A stretch of 63,205 bases of DNA, filler included, from Dimargaris cristalligena (taxonomy: Eukaryota), in assembly GCA_003614675.1 (NCBI GenBank). It is 6 parts of 6 records of this genome, joined end to end, with 100 filler letters (N's around TTAATTAATTAA, not from the genome) between each part and the next. Parts side by side here need not be neighbours in the genome. Positions count along the whole stretch, not along the records: positions 31,691 to 42,131 come from ML003180.1; positions 42,232 to 52,669 come from ML003181.1; 4 more parts are not named here. One strand, 5' to 3'. Shown one piece after another: positions 37,545 to 51,166 of the stretch. The position numbers and the translations under genes are program-made. Under the pieces are notes generated by a model. The model did not search any database. It had not been told where the DNA came from and worked only from the letters and a program-made list of their open reading frames with translations. Positions within the stretch are counted from its first letter, which is position 1. Each line of letters begins with the position of its first letter.

Positions 37545-38951
37545 ATGTTGGTTGGCCTGCGCTCCTCGTCCGCCCTTTGCTCCAAGGCTGTTGCCGCGAC
37601 TCCCCGCGCCCATGCGCTTCGGTCGTGGGCTTCGTTTTCGACCCAGAGGGCCCCGCCACCGCACTTCATTACCCTTCGGGATCTAACAGGTCCCCAGATC
37701 GGCTCGTTGGTCCAATCGGCCCTCCAGTTCAAACACATGTGCAAGGTAGAGGGCAAGACGGCCCACCCCGATCTGCCCCTCAAGGGCCAAACCCTGGCGA
37801 TTATGTTTTCCAAGCGGTCTACCCGTACCCGTGTGGCCACGGAGACGGCCATGGCCTATTTAGGGGGCCAGGGGCTGTTTCTGAGCTCCCAGGATATCCA
37901 ACTCGGTGTGAACGAGTCTCTGCGGGACACCAGTCAGGTGGTGTCAAGCATGTGCGCCGGTATCATGGCGCGGGTGGGTGCGCACCGCGAAATTGAGGAA
38001 CTGGCCCACTATTCGAGCGTGCCCGTCATCAACGCCCTCTCCGATACATTCCACCCGACTCAGATCCTGGCGGATCTGATGACCATGCACGAAGTGGCCG
38101 TGGCCGAGCGGTGCCCGCCGGGCACCTTGCCCCACGAGGTGAATTTCCGGGACACCCTGCAGGGCCAGCGGGTCGCCTGGGTGGGCGATGCCAATAACAT
38201 TGTCTGGGAAATGATGATGGCTTTCCCTAAACTGGGAGTTGATTTGGCTGTGGCCACGCCCAAGGGTTACGACACGCCTGCGGTCCTTCGAGAGACGGCG
38301 GCCGGATTTGCCCGTGAACACCGTACGCAGGTCGCCTATACTCAACACCCGGAGGAGGCCATCCGGGACTCCCATTTCATCGTGACCGATACGTGGGTGA
38401 GCATGGGCCAGGAGGCCGAAAAGACCAAGCGCCTGCAGGACTTCAAGGGCTACCAGATCACCCACGATCTGATCAACCGGAGCCAGCCCCACAAGGACTG
38501 GAAGTTCATGCACTGCCTGCCGCGTAAGCAGGAGGAGGTGGACGATGCGGTAAGTTATGATTGGGACTTAGTTGAATTTTATTTTCAATAGTCTTGCCCC
38601 TGCGATTCTCTACGACCTGACATCCCCTTCGGGAAAATCACACCATCCAATCTAGCCTATAATACCCCTGTCCTGTTTGTTTGCATTGCGACATCTTGGA
38701 GTGATCCTAATGGAGGTACATTTTGAAAGGCGGATAACTATTCTATTCAAGTGAAATACTAACTCTAACTGCCACGCTGGGTCTAATGTATGATCTTGCT
38801 ATAATCTATTGCTATTGCACCGGTATTGTTGATTGATGCGGTACTATAGGTATTCTACTCGCCCCAGTCCCTGGTATTCCCAGAAGCCGAAAACCGCAAA
38901 TGGACGATTCTGGCGGTGCTGAACGCATTGCTGGTCAACAAACGTTATTAA
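37545..38951 (+). CDS. ARG3: Ornithine carbamoyltransferase with presequence; exons 37545-38549, 38850-38951
   Basis: [36 protein letters not shown]. Confidence 0.96.
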
Positions 38952-39764
38952 TTCATTGATCACGCGTGTTACGTTACATGGTCCACCAAATTAATGTAAT
39001 AAAGCCATTTGGATGATGGTGCTGTCCAATACTCTGCAGGCCGATGCGATGATGGATGGCTGAGAATGGGAGCCGGGGCTCTGAATACACTGAGCACTGG
39101 AGAGAGGAATAACATTGACGGAATGGTACGCTTAACAGGAGTGGTTGAGCCAGTGCCTGTCCCCCTTCCCAGTTATTGAGAAGAGATGTAGGAATGGCCC
39201 CAGGAACCCACTGTTGATTGATTAATGTGGTTATGATCCCCGCCGAATCAACAAGCCCTAACTTCCCCCCATGCCAGCTCGTATCATTAGCGGGGTGATT
39301 GGCAGGGGAGAGAAGGACTCGGCCTGCTTTGTTAGGGACATCACAGGTGGATCCGGTGAGCTGGAAATGCACTGTTCTTTGGGCACTTGTGGATGCAGGC
39401 GGAGTTGGTCTACAGAGAAAAACCCTCCCGAAGCGGCTGGGCTTATTTGGCGGAGGTTCCCGCTGCTCCGACACATCTCCTTTTTCTTTTCTACCCCGCC
39501 GCGTGTTTTGTTGTTGCAGGTGAGAATCTGCGTGCTTGTCTATATTCTTTGTAAAGCATTCCTTCCATTCCGTTGTTGTTGTTGAACCTTCGCTAGACGA
39601 AACGACTCCCCGCTGCCCAGTCCACTCCCCTTGCAGTCGCACATTTGTACCTCCTCATTCGAACCGTCTCCCGCCTCATTCATCTCATCCGTCACTCGCT
39701 CGCTGTCCCACCAGGCAGCGCTCCCCATTCTCCCACCCCGCATTTCCGTGCGCATAGTTCCGCG

Positions 39765-42131
39765 ATGGCCGGCCTTCCGAGGGACCTGGTCTATGCCCCG
39801 GTATCGGTACTCGACCCGGCTCTCATTCGAGTGCTGTTGGTGCCATTAGGCCGCATTTCCCAGTCCCAATTCAATCGCTATGCCCAATTACTGAAACAGC
39901 ATCGGGCGATTTGTCCCCGAGAGAAGGGGTCAAACGCCACCCCCGAGCTAGCCTCCACCGAGGCCATGATCCCGAAGGTTTACTTCAAATTTGCCGAAGC
40001 CGTGGCCCACGAATACGACCATTTGGCCCACCTCCAAACCCATCGGCAAGTATTGGGGGTTATCGGCATCATGCAACTGGACCCACCCTCCACACGGGCG
40101 ACCGAGAACGGAACCGACGGGGCAGCCAAGTCCGCCCAGGCCATCCTCGAAGCCGGACACGAGCAATTCCTCACCATCCTGGAGAAATTCCCCACTGCTC
40201 TAGTGAGCCGTTGTTTTGCCTTCCGGGAGGCCTCCGGTAGTGGACCCGCCTCCCCCGCCGTCGAATCCACCCCGCCCCGCGAACGACTGCCCCGATTGCC
40301 CTCGGTTCGGGGGGTACTCCTCGTCGATTTAGAGGGCCAAACCGGCAGTGCCTCTAATATCGGGTCCATTATGACCAATTTCGCCCAAACCATGGTGGCC
40401 GCCCTCGAAACAATGACCGCGGGCCTCGAAACCCAACATTACATCCCCCCGAGCAGTCTATCCGTCATGACCAATACCCCCGCGGGAGGTGCCTCCCACC
40501 CCACCCAGCGCTCCCCTACTTTTGCCTCTTTTTTCAAGCAGCAACTGTCCGTGGGGCCCCGGGGGCAGTCGCCCTCGCAGGACCCCACTAGCGGAAACCT
40601 GCCCGCCGATATTCGCCACCAGTCGGCTGCCCCGGCGGCAGCTTCGTCCCCCTTATCGCTATCCAGCCTTCTTTCCCCCGCCGCCACGAAACGATCCTCC
40701 GCTCTGCTCCCCAACACCCAGCAGGGTCAGCAGAGCCGGTCCCTGGGTAAAATCAAGAAGCTAATGGGCGATACATGTCTGCTGGCCGGTAAATTAACCG
40801 AGGCCATTTCCCATTATTCATCGTCCATTGAACACAGCCAAACCTACCAGGACCACCTGTGGCAGGCCGCCGCCTTCGAAGGGTATAATGCCGCACTGCT
40901 TCTGTTGACCTTTCGCGCTTCGGAACGGGCCCTACTCATGGCGCTATTGTCCAACCCCCTGCCTTCCCTTGCCTCGGGTGTGCTTCCAGCCGATAACTAC
41001 CGTCCCCCTTCCACTCCCCCCGGTAGCCAGCTCTCCGCCGCTGCATTGAGTTACCCCTCCACCCACCCCACGTCTGGGACTAATGGCACCGGACCCAACC
41101 CCTCGCCCCCAACTGCAAGCCTTTCGTCCCCCGGGACGGCCACTACCAATCCGGCCGGTGGTAATCGGAACCGTGCCTCCACCAAAACCAACACCAGCGT
41201 ACTACAGAGTAGTCTCAAAAACAGTACCCAGTTGGCCTACTTCGTCCTCAGCGAAATCACCGACAAATACCGGGAGATTCCCGTACTCTACGAGCAGTCC
41301 CATATTTTTTCCATCACGCTCCATATAGAAGCCTGCTTACGTATGGCCCACCTGATCCTGCTGGTCCGTCAGACCGGCTTTACCGAAAACACCCTGCACC
41401 GCCTGGTCCAATCGGTCACCCAGTCACCCGCAGCGAGCCAGATCCCTCCCACGGCATCCCCTAAGCTGCCGAAAATCACCAAGGCCCACATTACCGAGTG
41501 GGCCCTCCGGGGCTGGAACGAGGACGCGATTATGGCGCTGTCGGTACGGGAACAGCTCCTGGTCATTCAGCGCCTGGTGCCCCTCTTCTATACCACTGGC
41601 CTGTATCGGAAAATGGGCTTCTTTCTCTACCAATTCGTTTCCATTGCGGGTACGGTGTTAGACGACACCCCCACCAGACTGCCCGGGACCACCCGCCGGC
41701 AGGTGGATTCGGCCGGCCGCCCCGGGCCGGTGTTAGGCCGGGTGTACGGGGAGCCCTTCCAACGGGCCATCGATCGGCTGTTAGCGGTGTACCAGATGTC
41801 CCGCTTTGAGCCCATGCGGAAGAGCCCCGACGGTCACCAGCTGATATTCGACCCTTTTACCGTCCTTCGCGCCACTGAGGTCCATTTACAGACGGAACAG
41901 TCGCTAATCACCACCCCAGGCCCAGTATATTCAGAGTTGAACGCCTGGCGCAGTCTGCAGATTGCCAGTCTCTCCGAGGCGGTCAAACTAACGGGCGTCC
42001 TGGATATGGTGCAGACCCACGTGGTATTGACGCTTATGCTAATCTGCCGCCAGTTACCCCCGTCGACACCGGGTACTCAGCGACCCGAACTCCAGACTAA
42101 ACCCACTGACCACATTCCTTTTTGTTCCAGT
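39765..42131 (+). CDS. TRS120: TRAPP II subunit Trs120/TRAPPC9, 3'-truncated by the contig end
   Basis: IRVLLVPLG, QTHRQVLGVIGI, GKIKKLMGDTCLLAG...DHLWQAAAFEG, G.YRK..F. Confidence 0.85.
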
Positions 42132-42231
42132 NNNNNNNNNNNNNNNNNNNNNNNNNNNNNNNNNNNNNNNNNNNNTTAATTAATTAANNNNNNNNNNNNN
42201 NNNNNNNNNNNNNNNNNNNNNNNNNNNNNNN
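42132..42231. other. Artificial contig spacer
   Basis: N run with TTAATTAATTAA. Confidence 0.98.
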
Positions 42232-43464
42232 ATGGAAAGAATGGGTTAAAGGGGAGGGAAAAAAAACTGGTTATACCAGAAAAAAAAGCCACTTCATACC
42301 CTGCATAATAATAATAATAGTAATATAATTAGTGTGGCTTATAGGGGGACAGTACACCTTGCCACACCGGGGGGTACAATATGGTGCTATACGGCCTGAT
42401 ATGACAGCGGTCATATCGGTTGGATTAGGGCAGATTAGGAGGGGCGACAATTGAAAAGAATAATAGTATTAAATAATATGAAAATCATTGGGTAGATGTC
42501 TGTTGGTTTTCCTTTACAGGATTCTGTCATCTTTTATATTTGAAATCAAATACAATAACAATGCTAAAGGTACAACTTACAGTGTCTTTGGCAGAGTCTA
42601 TCGTGTAGTCACAAATAGCTCTCATTCAATCCACCCCGGTCAAGGTTGGGTGTGGTTTGTGTCCAAACGGTAGCTGGCATTATAACTAAAGAGGGAGGGA
42701 TAACCAAAGTTATCTGTAAGAATAGCATTGATTTGCCACAGGCAGTATGGAGATTAATAGTCGTTTAGGCTTTACTGGTACAACTTCCCCCACAGTCCTT
42801 GGTTGACTAGACCAGATAACTAATTGATGAGACTTCCGAGCACTCTGATGCACAGCCGCCATACAGTGGCTTCTTGCTTGGGCTTATTTCATAATTTATA
42901 ATGGGAGAGGTAGTAATACTCGTCTTTTAAGAGCTTTCCGCTTACTAGGCTGATTCTGAGCAAAGGCTTGAACAACCTCGAAATCAGCTGTTCTTACTGC
43001 TGCCTATGGGGAAACAGACGGATGCGCCAGGACCATCTATGCTTGGGAATCTAAATAAGGCGACTGGCTAACTGAACCCCTGGGGGTCTTATTGACTGGT
43101 CCAGCTAAAGGCCATGAAGAAGGAGTCCATTCGTAAACCATGCGTAAGGAATAACCACGTATGGGCGACTCTCAAAGGCACAAGATAGTCAGTGATAGAT
43201 ATTTAAAATAGCCAATGTCCAGCGTAATACCAAGGTGATCCTAGCCTTAGGTGATGAGCCCCAGGACTAGGTATCAGAGACCTGTTTCCCCATATATACC
43301 TGACACTTTTTCCGTCCCGGTCCGTGTTTCACACTATGAACCACCCCTACCCCTACTGCTACTACTACTACCACCTCCCATTCTACTACATTCCCTCACT
43401 GCCTTCATTCCTGGACTCTCCCCATTCTCTACCAAGCCCCCACCGCCCTTTAACATAAGCCACC

Positions 43465-44768
43465 ATGGCTCTTTCCGCCGCCGCTACTCGCGTACTCAGC
43501 AATGGTCGCCATATCCCTGTGGTAGGCTTCGGGGTCTACGAGCTGCCAGACAGCCTCACCACCACCAACTTGGTGAAGAGTGCTCTACAGGCCGGATACC
43601 GCCATATTGACACCGCCGCCGACTATGGGAATGAACTGGAAACCGGTCGTGGTATCCGCGAAAGCGGTATCCCCCGCGAAGAGGTACGTAACAAACTATA
43701 ATGGTGTTCTTAACCATGTACTAGCCGTCTAAATAATTGCCGAGGCCCTATGGTTGTCGGTTTCTAATATACCTATAGTAGAAAGCTGCCCTATTTATAA
43801 TATAACTTCACGTATTTCTATAGAAACCATTTAGAACATCGACGAACTTTCGATTAGGCCTTCTTGATTATTCGCTATTTAATTGTCCCTCAACATGAAA
43901 ATGGCTTAATCTTACGTAAACCGGGAATGCGCCTCTATTTCATTGATCAGATCTTCGTGACCACCAAACTGAACGACCCCGACCATGGCTACGATAAAAC
44001 CATCAAGGCTTTCCACGATAGCCTAGGGAAATTGGGCCTTGGCTACATCGACCTCTATCTGGTCCACTCCCCCAACGGCGGGGCCAAACTTCGCCAAGAG
44101 TCCTGGCAGGCCATGGAAAAGCTCTACCACGATGGGCTGATCAAGAGTCTAGGGGTTTCCAACTACGGTATCCACCACCTCCGGGAATTAATGACTTATG
44201 CCCAAGTGTTGCCAACGGTCAACCAAATTGAGCTCCACCCCTGGCAAACCCAGCCCCAAATTGCCCCCTATTGTCAGCGGCACGGTATTCAGGTCGAGGC
44301 TTATTCGTCCCTGGCCCGGGGCGAGAAGGCCACGGACCCCATCCTGCAGACTCTAGCCACCAAATACAACCGGGCTTGGTTTCAGATTCTAATCCGCTGG
44401 TCCCTCCAGCACGGCTACATTCCACTGACTAAAACTGCCACGGATTCGCGCATCCCCCTAAACCTCGAGGTCTTTAATTTCACGATTGTTGAAGAGGATA
44501 TGAAGGCCCTAGATGATTTGAACGAGGACCTTCACCTTGGTAAGTACAATGATAATATCGCTATTATTATGATGAACATGGTCAACAAGTTCGGAGATTC
44601 CTGTTCTTGGATCGTTAGACTCCAATAATCTGCCCAGATCACCCCTGTTGCCGGAATATTTCCAATTGGCACATTATATAAGCTTTGATCAGCTAACACT
44701 TATGATGTGGGTTTGCATTGGTTTTATTTTTATTTTTATTAGAATGGGATCCTACTGTAGTCGCCTAG
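43465..44768 (+). CDS. Aldo-keto reductase; exons 43465-43683, 43951-44539, 44743-44768
   Basis: GYRHIDTAADYGNE, IFVTTKL, YIDLYLVHSP, GVSNY, VNQIELHP, C-terminal WDPT. Confidence 0.94.
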
Positions 44769-45322
44769 CCGTCCAATCGAAGAGAATTATATTATTATTA
44801 GATATGGCTTAAGAACTCGTTGGTTTGCATTATATATATAACCAGCAGAGACAGTCATCAATATATGAACCCCTGTTCAATAAATATGCGGTGGACCATG
44901 TCAATGATTTCGCCTGAGGTTGCTTTGACTATGCGGAATCGGATAACCTGGAAGTTATAGGAGGTACACTTTAAGAAAAATGCGCCGTGTCTCTTGGATT
45001 AATGACGAGCTAGGTAAGGTGTTTTCCTTCATGGGGCACTTTGAGTGGGTGTATCTAAGATATACAAAGTGCAGTTGGGCCACCACGTCACTAGAGCGAT
45101 GGTTCAGTCCACCACATATATAAAGTCATATTAGGGAACTGGAGTTTCTTAATAATACACCGAGATAAAAGTACGGTTATTTATATAACAAAATGGCCAA
45201 AAGACATTCATATGTTTGCCATAGACCCATTTAACGGATTGGTCAAGTGCCGAGTAGTGCACGATCAAACCCAAGTATTATGCTTGCGTCTCGCCGTGCC
45301 TTTAGGATCTAAATAGCGGTCA

Positions 45323-46249
45323 TTAAATTTTACATGAGGGCCTAGCAATAGTCCGCTGCAAATAAAGGCCAAACACATGCGTAACCAAACGATCGGTAGT
45401 CAAATCGGAGTGCCCTAGACCACCCCAAGGCATTTTATACATTGCGGATATCTATGGTGTTTTTTTTGCCAGCGGGGAGTTCGTGGTTTAGTTACATGGG
45501 CTGTCCCGAATGACTGCCCACCCCATCCACCGACATAGCAGCGGTGGTATTATCGGCGATACGCTTGAGGTCCTCCGCCAGGGCTAGGCTCCGTTTGTTT
45601 CGATCGTCGTTCCACCGGCCACACTCAGCCATGACCTTGAAGTTAGGCGAGTTAATGGAGGTGCCCAGGTGGCCGGACTGAATTACCGAATCCTGGAACT
45701 TTTCAATGGTGGTGGTGAGTTTGGTCAAATCATCTGGGTATGACAGATGCGCAGAATTCATGGTAGTTGATATTCAAATATAGACTAGGTGAATGAAAGG
45801 CAGGGCAATAGGGGAATGCTTCCCTATAAAGGGTAAATTGGCGGAGAATTAAGCAACCACGCATTGCACGACATGTCTCTCTACCTACCTTGGGCCTGGT
45901 TCAGTGGGTAAGGTATCATTAGAGCCTGTTGCCTTTGGGGATTAAATCATGGCAGCAGAGGGTAAATAGGTAGGTAAGGCGGTGTGCACACTGGTTAATG
46001 AGCGGAGCTGGGTCGGGTGAGAAAGTCCAGTCTCATCGCAGTCCGGGCAGGGGCTTCCAATGCCATTTCGAACGGAAAGCAGGCCGTAGTCTTTATGATA
46101 AAGAAAGGGTCGTTCTTCTCTCCACGGATAGCTTACAGTTTCTGGAAGAGCTCGGTACCGGCCTGTTCGATGGAGTCGAGCTGGCTCAAGAGGTCTTCGC
46201 AAGTGGCTCGCTGGCTGGGCAGCTGGTGACGGTCGTTTAATGGGGGCAT
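45323..46249 (-). CDS. Hypothetical small multi-exon protein; start uncertain
   Basis: GT-AG-bounded segments join in frame: ...LLSQLDSIEQAGTELFQKL|QQALMIPYPLNQAQ|DDLTKLTTTIEKFQDSV...ADNTTAAMSVDG|RTIARPSCKI*. No family recognised. Confidence 0.45.
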
Positions 46250-46853
46250 GGGGCTCGGCGACAGTAGGGGCAGGAGGCTCTATTCAGAAGACAATGGGAC
46301 AATGAGGAGAGTTGAGCCAAAAGAGGTTCAAGTATCCTCATTGCCTTTCCGTAGTTGACCACCAGTTGCTGCTCATCCAACCTTCGCTTGTTAAGGGAAC
46401 AGGGGTGTTTCCTTATGGTCATGCTCGCACCAACCCGGTGGATACACGTGACTTGCATAAAACCGGAGTTTATTGGCCCATATTGTAGCTCCACCAAGGA
46501 GAGGGGAGGCCCTCCCTATACTAGGCGGTCACTTCCCCATACTTAGTATCTCTTTATTTTCGCAGGGAAAACGAATTTACAACCAAAGCCTGAAAAAAAG
46601 TACGGCTTGGGTAAATATAGTGAAAGTAATAGAGAGTAAAAAAAAAAAAGATGAAATAATCATTTATATGTAAAGTAGGAAAAGTTCGGGCGGTACGGTA
46701 CATTGACCAGAAACTAGGTGTATTTTTACCAGCACCCCATGCCCTACTCCATTGCTCCATTTCTTCTTATTACTCTCTCCTAGCTGGGTGTGCCCTTTCC
46801 GAACCTCCAAACTACCTCCCGTTGCCCGACTCGCCTTCGCGCTCTAATCCGCC

Positions 46854-49800
46854 ATGGGGTTTAAGAAACAAACCGGTAAAGGTCGGTTGGATAAGTACTA
46901 CCACTTGGCCAAGGAACAGGGCTACCGTGCCCGTTCCGCGTTCAAGCTTATCCAACTGAACAAGAAATTCAACTTTTTGTCGTCCGCCCGCTGCGTGGTC
47001 GATCTGTGCGCCGCTCCCGGTGGTTGGCTGCAAGTGGCCAAGAAGTACATGCCCGCCTCAAGCGTCATTATCGGTATCGATTTAGCCGCCATCCGACCCA
47101 TTCCCGGGGTCGTCACGTTTGTATCCGATATCACCACCGAGAAATGCCGGACCCAACTCCGCGCCGAACTCAAAACCTGGAAAGTCGATGTAGTTCTGCA
47201 CGACGGTGCCCCCAACGTGGGTGCCGCTTGGGTCCAGGATGCCTACAGTCAGGCCGAATTGACCCTCATGTCCATGAAACTGGCCGTGGAGTTCCTGGCC
47301 AAAGGGGGTACCTTTGTAACCAAGGTGTTCCGATCCAAGGACTACAACAACCTCATGTGGGTGTTTAACCAGCTGTTCAGCAAGGTCGAGGCCACCAAGC
47401 CCCCATCCTCGCGTAATGTTTCCGCCGAAATTTTCGTCGTGTGCCGCGGTTTCCTTGCCCCCAAGAAACTCGACCCTAAATTCGTCGATCCCAAGTACGT
47501 GTTCAAGGACCTCGACTTGACCGAGTCCACCGCGTCCAAGACCAATATTCTCAAACCCGAGGTGCACCTTCGCCAGCGTGACGGTTACGAGGAAGGTAAC
47601 TACACTCTTTTCAAAACCCTGGAGGCCATTGATTTCGTCGAGGCCAATACTCCGGTTGACCACCTGTCCCGGTTCAACGCCATCGAATTCAAGTCCGATG
47701 CCAGCCGGAAACTGCTCCAACTTCCTGAACCCCCCAAGGATATCGTGGAGGTGTGTGCTGATCTCAAAGTCCTCGGTAAACGGGACTTCAATGCCATCAT
47801 TAAATGGCGTAAGGCGGTGCGTCTCCTTCTGGACGCCCAGAAAAAGGCGGAAGCCGCCGCCGCCGCCGGTGTCGGCTCCCAGGGGGAGGAGAGCGACTCC
47901 AGCTCCAGTGATGACGATGAGGATGAACTGGACGCTCTGTCCAAAGCCGAAGCCCGCCGTCAAAAGCGTCTCCGCCGCCGGACCAACGAGAAACGTCAGC
48001 GTACCGTGGTGCGCATGCAGATGAGTATGACGACCCCGGTAGAATTGGGCCAGGAGGAAGAGGCGGGCAAGGGAACCAGTCGGGGGTTAGCCACCGGCGT
48101 GGGAGCGCCCGGCTCAGCCACGCTGTTCAACCTCCGCGCGACCGAGGCGAACGCGGGTTTGAAGCGCCTCCGCCACGGCGATATGGAAGCCGTTGATCTG
48201 GACGTGCTGGAAGCCGGTAGTGCCGACGAAGATGTGTTCGCCGACCGGGTGGGTCTGGCCAACAGCCAGTTCGAACTGGGTGACGAGGAGGGTAACAGCT
48301 CGGATGACAACGTGGACGAATTGGAAAAGCAACTCGACTTCCAGTACCGTGAATACCAAAAGCGTCTCCTCGAAAAGAATGCCAAACTCAAGGTCCAGCA
48401 AGAACGGTTGCAGGAGGAGGAGTTTCGGGGTATCGATGATAAAGATCTGCCCCAGTACGACTCGGACAGCGATGCGGAACGTATCCGGGCCGCCAAGGAG
48501 TACGTGCCCGAAGACTCGGACTCGGACAGCAGCGATTCTTCCGCGGACGAAGCCAGCGAGGACGACAGTGACGACGAGGTGGATGACACCTCGGCCACCA
48601 CCACTACTACTAAATCGACAAAGCGGAAGGGCCCTCTCGTGGTTAAAGCCAACGAAGACGGCCAGCTCGTCCGGGGCGATGCCTCCGCCAACCTACCGGC
48701 CAATCGTCTGACCAAGAAGGCCGCCTTGTGGTTTAATCAGTCCCTTTTCGAAGGAATCGACGAAGACGAAGATGACGACGACGAAGAAGAAGAAGGGAAG
48801 GATGTCGAAGGCCAATTTAGTGACATTGACAATATGAGCGAGTATTCTGACGCCAGTGTGGACAGCGAGGGTGGAGATGATGAGATGGAAATCGTGCCCC
48901 AGGCTCAGCCCGAATCTTCGGACGAAGAACCCACCAAGAACAAGAACAAGCGCAAGGCCAAGGCCGCTACCGAGTCCAGCAAGCCGGCCAAGAAGGCCAA
49001 GAACCAGGTCACCGGGGACCAATCCGATGAAGAAGTCTGGGACTCTAATAAGGTGGACGATACGTCCAACCGGCGATCCAAAGGTAAATACCGGACTGCA
49101 ATTATATCCTGTACTCAAACCCCACTAGTTTGCTCTCCTACCCGAGGACCAGCATAACTCCACTGGATCTACTCTATTTCGTTATCAAATTTGGCGTATT
49201 CTTTTAAAATCTGTAATGTCAATTACTAACCATTGTATCACTTTGGAAAATTTTACTCCCGATGCATAATAGATCTGGATCTTGTCACCCCCGAGGCTCT
49301 AACTCTGGCCCACAACTTAATTAACCAGCGGATGACCAAGACCGATCTTCTTAACCAAGGGTTCCATCGCTGGGCGTTTAACGACACTGAAGGACTTCCG
49401 GAATGGTAAGTTATTATTTTCAATTACATTAGAACGTACTCTAAAGGTTTCAAATGACCTGTCCTTTACTATTCCCAAACTCGATTATGGCGAAGCTTGT
49501 TACAGCGGGTCATTGGGGTTTGGTAACCCGTCAGATTCCACCCACCCTTATGCGTTGACTAATACCTGCCATACTGTTGGATAATGATTATCCTTGTTGT
49601 TGTTATATATATATATATATATATAAATGTTCTATTCCCCGAACTTCTATAGGTTTGTGGATGACGAACAAAAGCACCGTGTTCCCAACTTGCCCGTCAC
49701 CAAAGAAGCTGTTCGGATAATGCGCGAGAAGATGAAGGCCCTAGATGCCCGACCAATCAAGAAGATCGCCGAAGCTAAGGCTCGCAAGAAGATGAAGGTA

Positions 49801-50342
49801 GGTAGCGCGAGCATGCCAATGTCATTTTACAAACAAGACAATTTAACATGAATTTTCGAAGGCAATTGGCCCTGATTGGTACATATACCTCCTCTACACT
49901 GAGCCTATACTATGCTGTGGGCTATTGTCGGGGTCATACTGGTGTATACCTATACTCTCCCCTAGATAGAGTTATCTTCGCCTTGAATATCATTACTAAC
50001 TCATATTTCTCATGGAATCTATATTACAACCTACCTTGAACCATCCCCCACTCTCAGGTTGCCCAACGGATCAACAAGATGCAAAAGACGGCCAATGCTA
50101 TTGCCGATAACGAGGACATGACGGAGCGTGAGAAGGCCTCAACAATCCACAAGGTCCTCAATAAGCAGGTCAAGAAGGAGAAGAAGATGCCCGCTCTGGT
50201 AGTGGCCCGTGGTTCCAACCGAGGCCTGAAGGGACGGCCCACGGGTGTGAAGGGGCGCTACAAGATGGTCGATCGCCGGATGAAGAAGGAAATGCGCGCG
50301 ACTAAACGTAAGGAGAAGAGCAAGGGCAATAAGCGCAAGTAG
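46854..50342 (+). CDS. SPB1: 27S pre-rRNA 2'-O-methyltransferase Spb1/FTSJ3; exons 46854-49083, 49273-49405, 49653-49797, 50058-50342
   Basis: [81 protein letters not shown]. Confidence 0.97.
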
Positions 50343-51047
50343 GCCAACTATATACAACACTCTACTGTTGGTCTAGAAGACTTAGTATTTTTTATTATTT
50401 TACTTCTGGTTTCACCTTTTCCCGTATGGAGAATGTTTTAGTTAGCTTCAAAAAAACCCTGTAACTTTCTAGTAACATGCTGCATTTCCGTAATCGATTC
50501 GCATCTTATTAAAAAACAACAATGACATAAGTTACCCTTTCCTTTAAGTATCCGGTAAATAGAATATGGATCGTTGCTCTCGCTTTTGGCTGCATGGTTT
50601 ACCCGCTTCATCTTTGGTGAGCTCTAGTATCTATAAGCGATTAGACATTCATTCAGTATTAATGTTTCTCATATCGTATCCTCGGAGTTTCTTTCAATTT
50701 TATAATATATCAACGCCATTGGTTATTTCATAAACCTGTTAATTAAATAACTGGACTTATTGAAAGAAAAAAAAACACCTGGTGAACCCCAGCTATCTAC
50801 CTCACACCATGTGGTCCAAGCGAATTTCTCCTTTGGATTTCTTTGGAACCGACAACCCTATATTTGACGTTATATGCCTATACGTCATGTATCTACACAG
50901 TGGACTTGAGTGCGATACTTGAATAGCCAACCATTACGACGTGAGCTACTCCAAATTAATGTTGGATGAATTTGATACAAGAATATATAAAAACTACGGT
51001 TAAACTAAGAATTGGTGTAATAGTAACTAATTCGTTTAGATTTTTTT

Positions 51048-51166
51048 AGTTGTGGCCATATGTTGGATTGTGCTCCGTATCCCGTTAGATCTGCGAAGAT
51101 AAGCTCCAATCAGTTAATTTAGTACTGAGGTGGGTGACCACTTGGGAATAGTTAATGCTACAACTT
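51048..51166 (+). rRNA. 5S rRNA gene, dispersed copy
   Basis: ~119 nt. Helix I AGTTGTGGC/GCTACAACT, GGCCATA, CCCGTTAGATC, AGTACT...TGGGTGACCA...GGGAA, followed by a T-run. Confidence 0.9.

Noticed and set aside
38974-39642. 222-aa minus-strand ORF between ARG3 and TRS120
   Set aside because: Non-ATG start, no recognisable motif, and it overlaps the TRS120 promoter/5' UTR.
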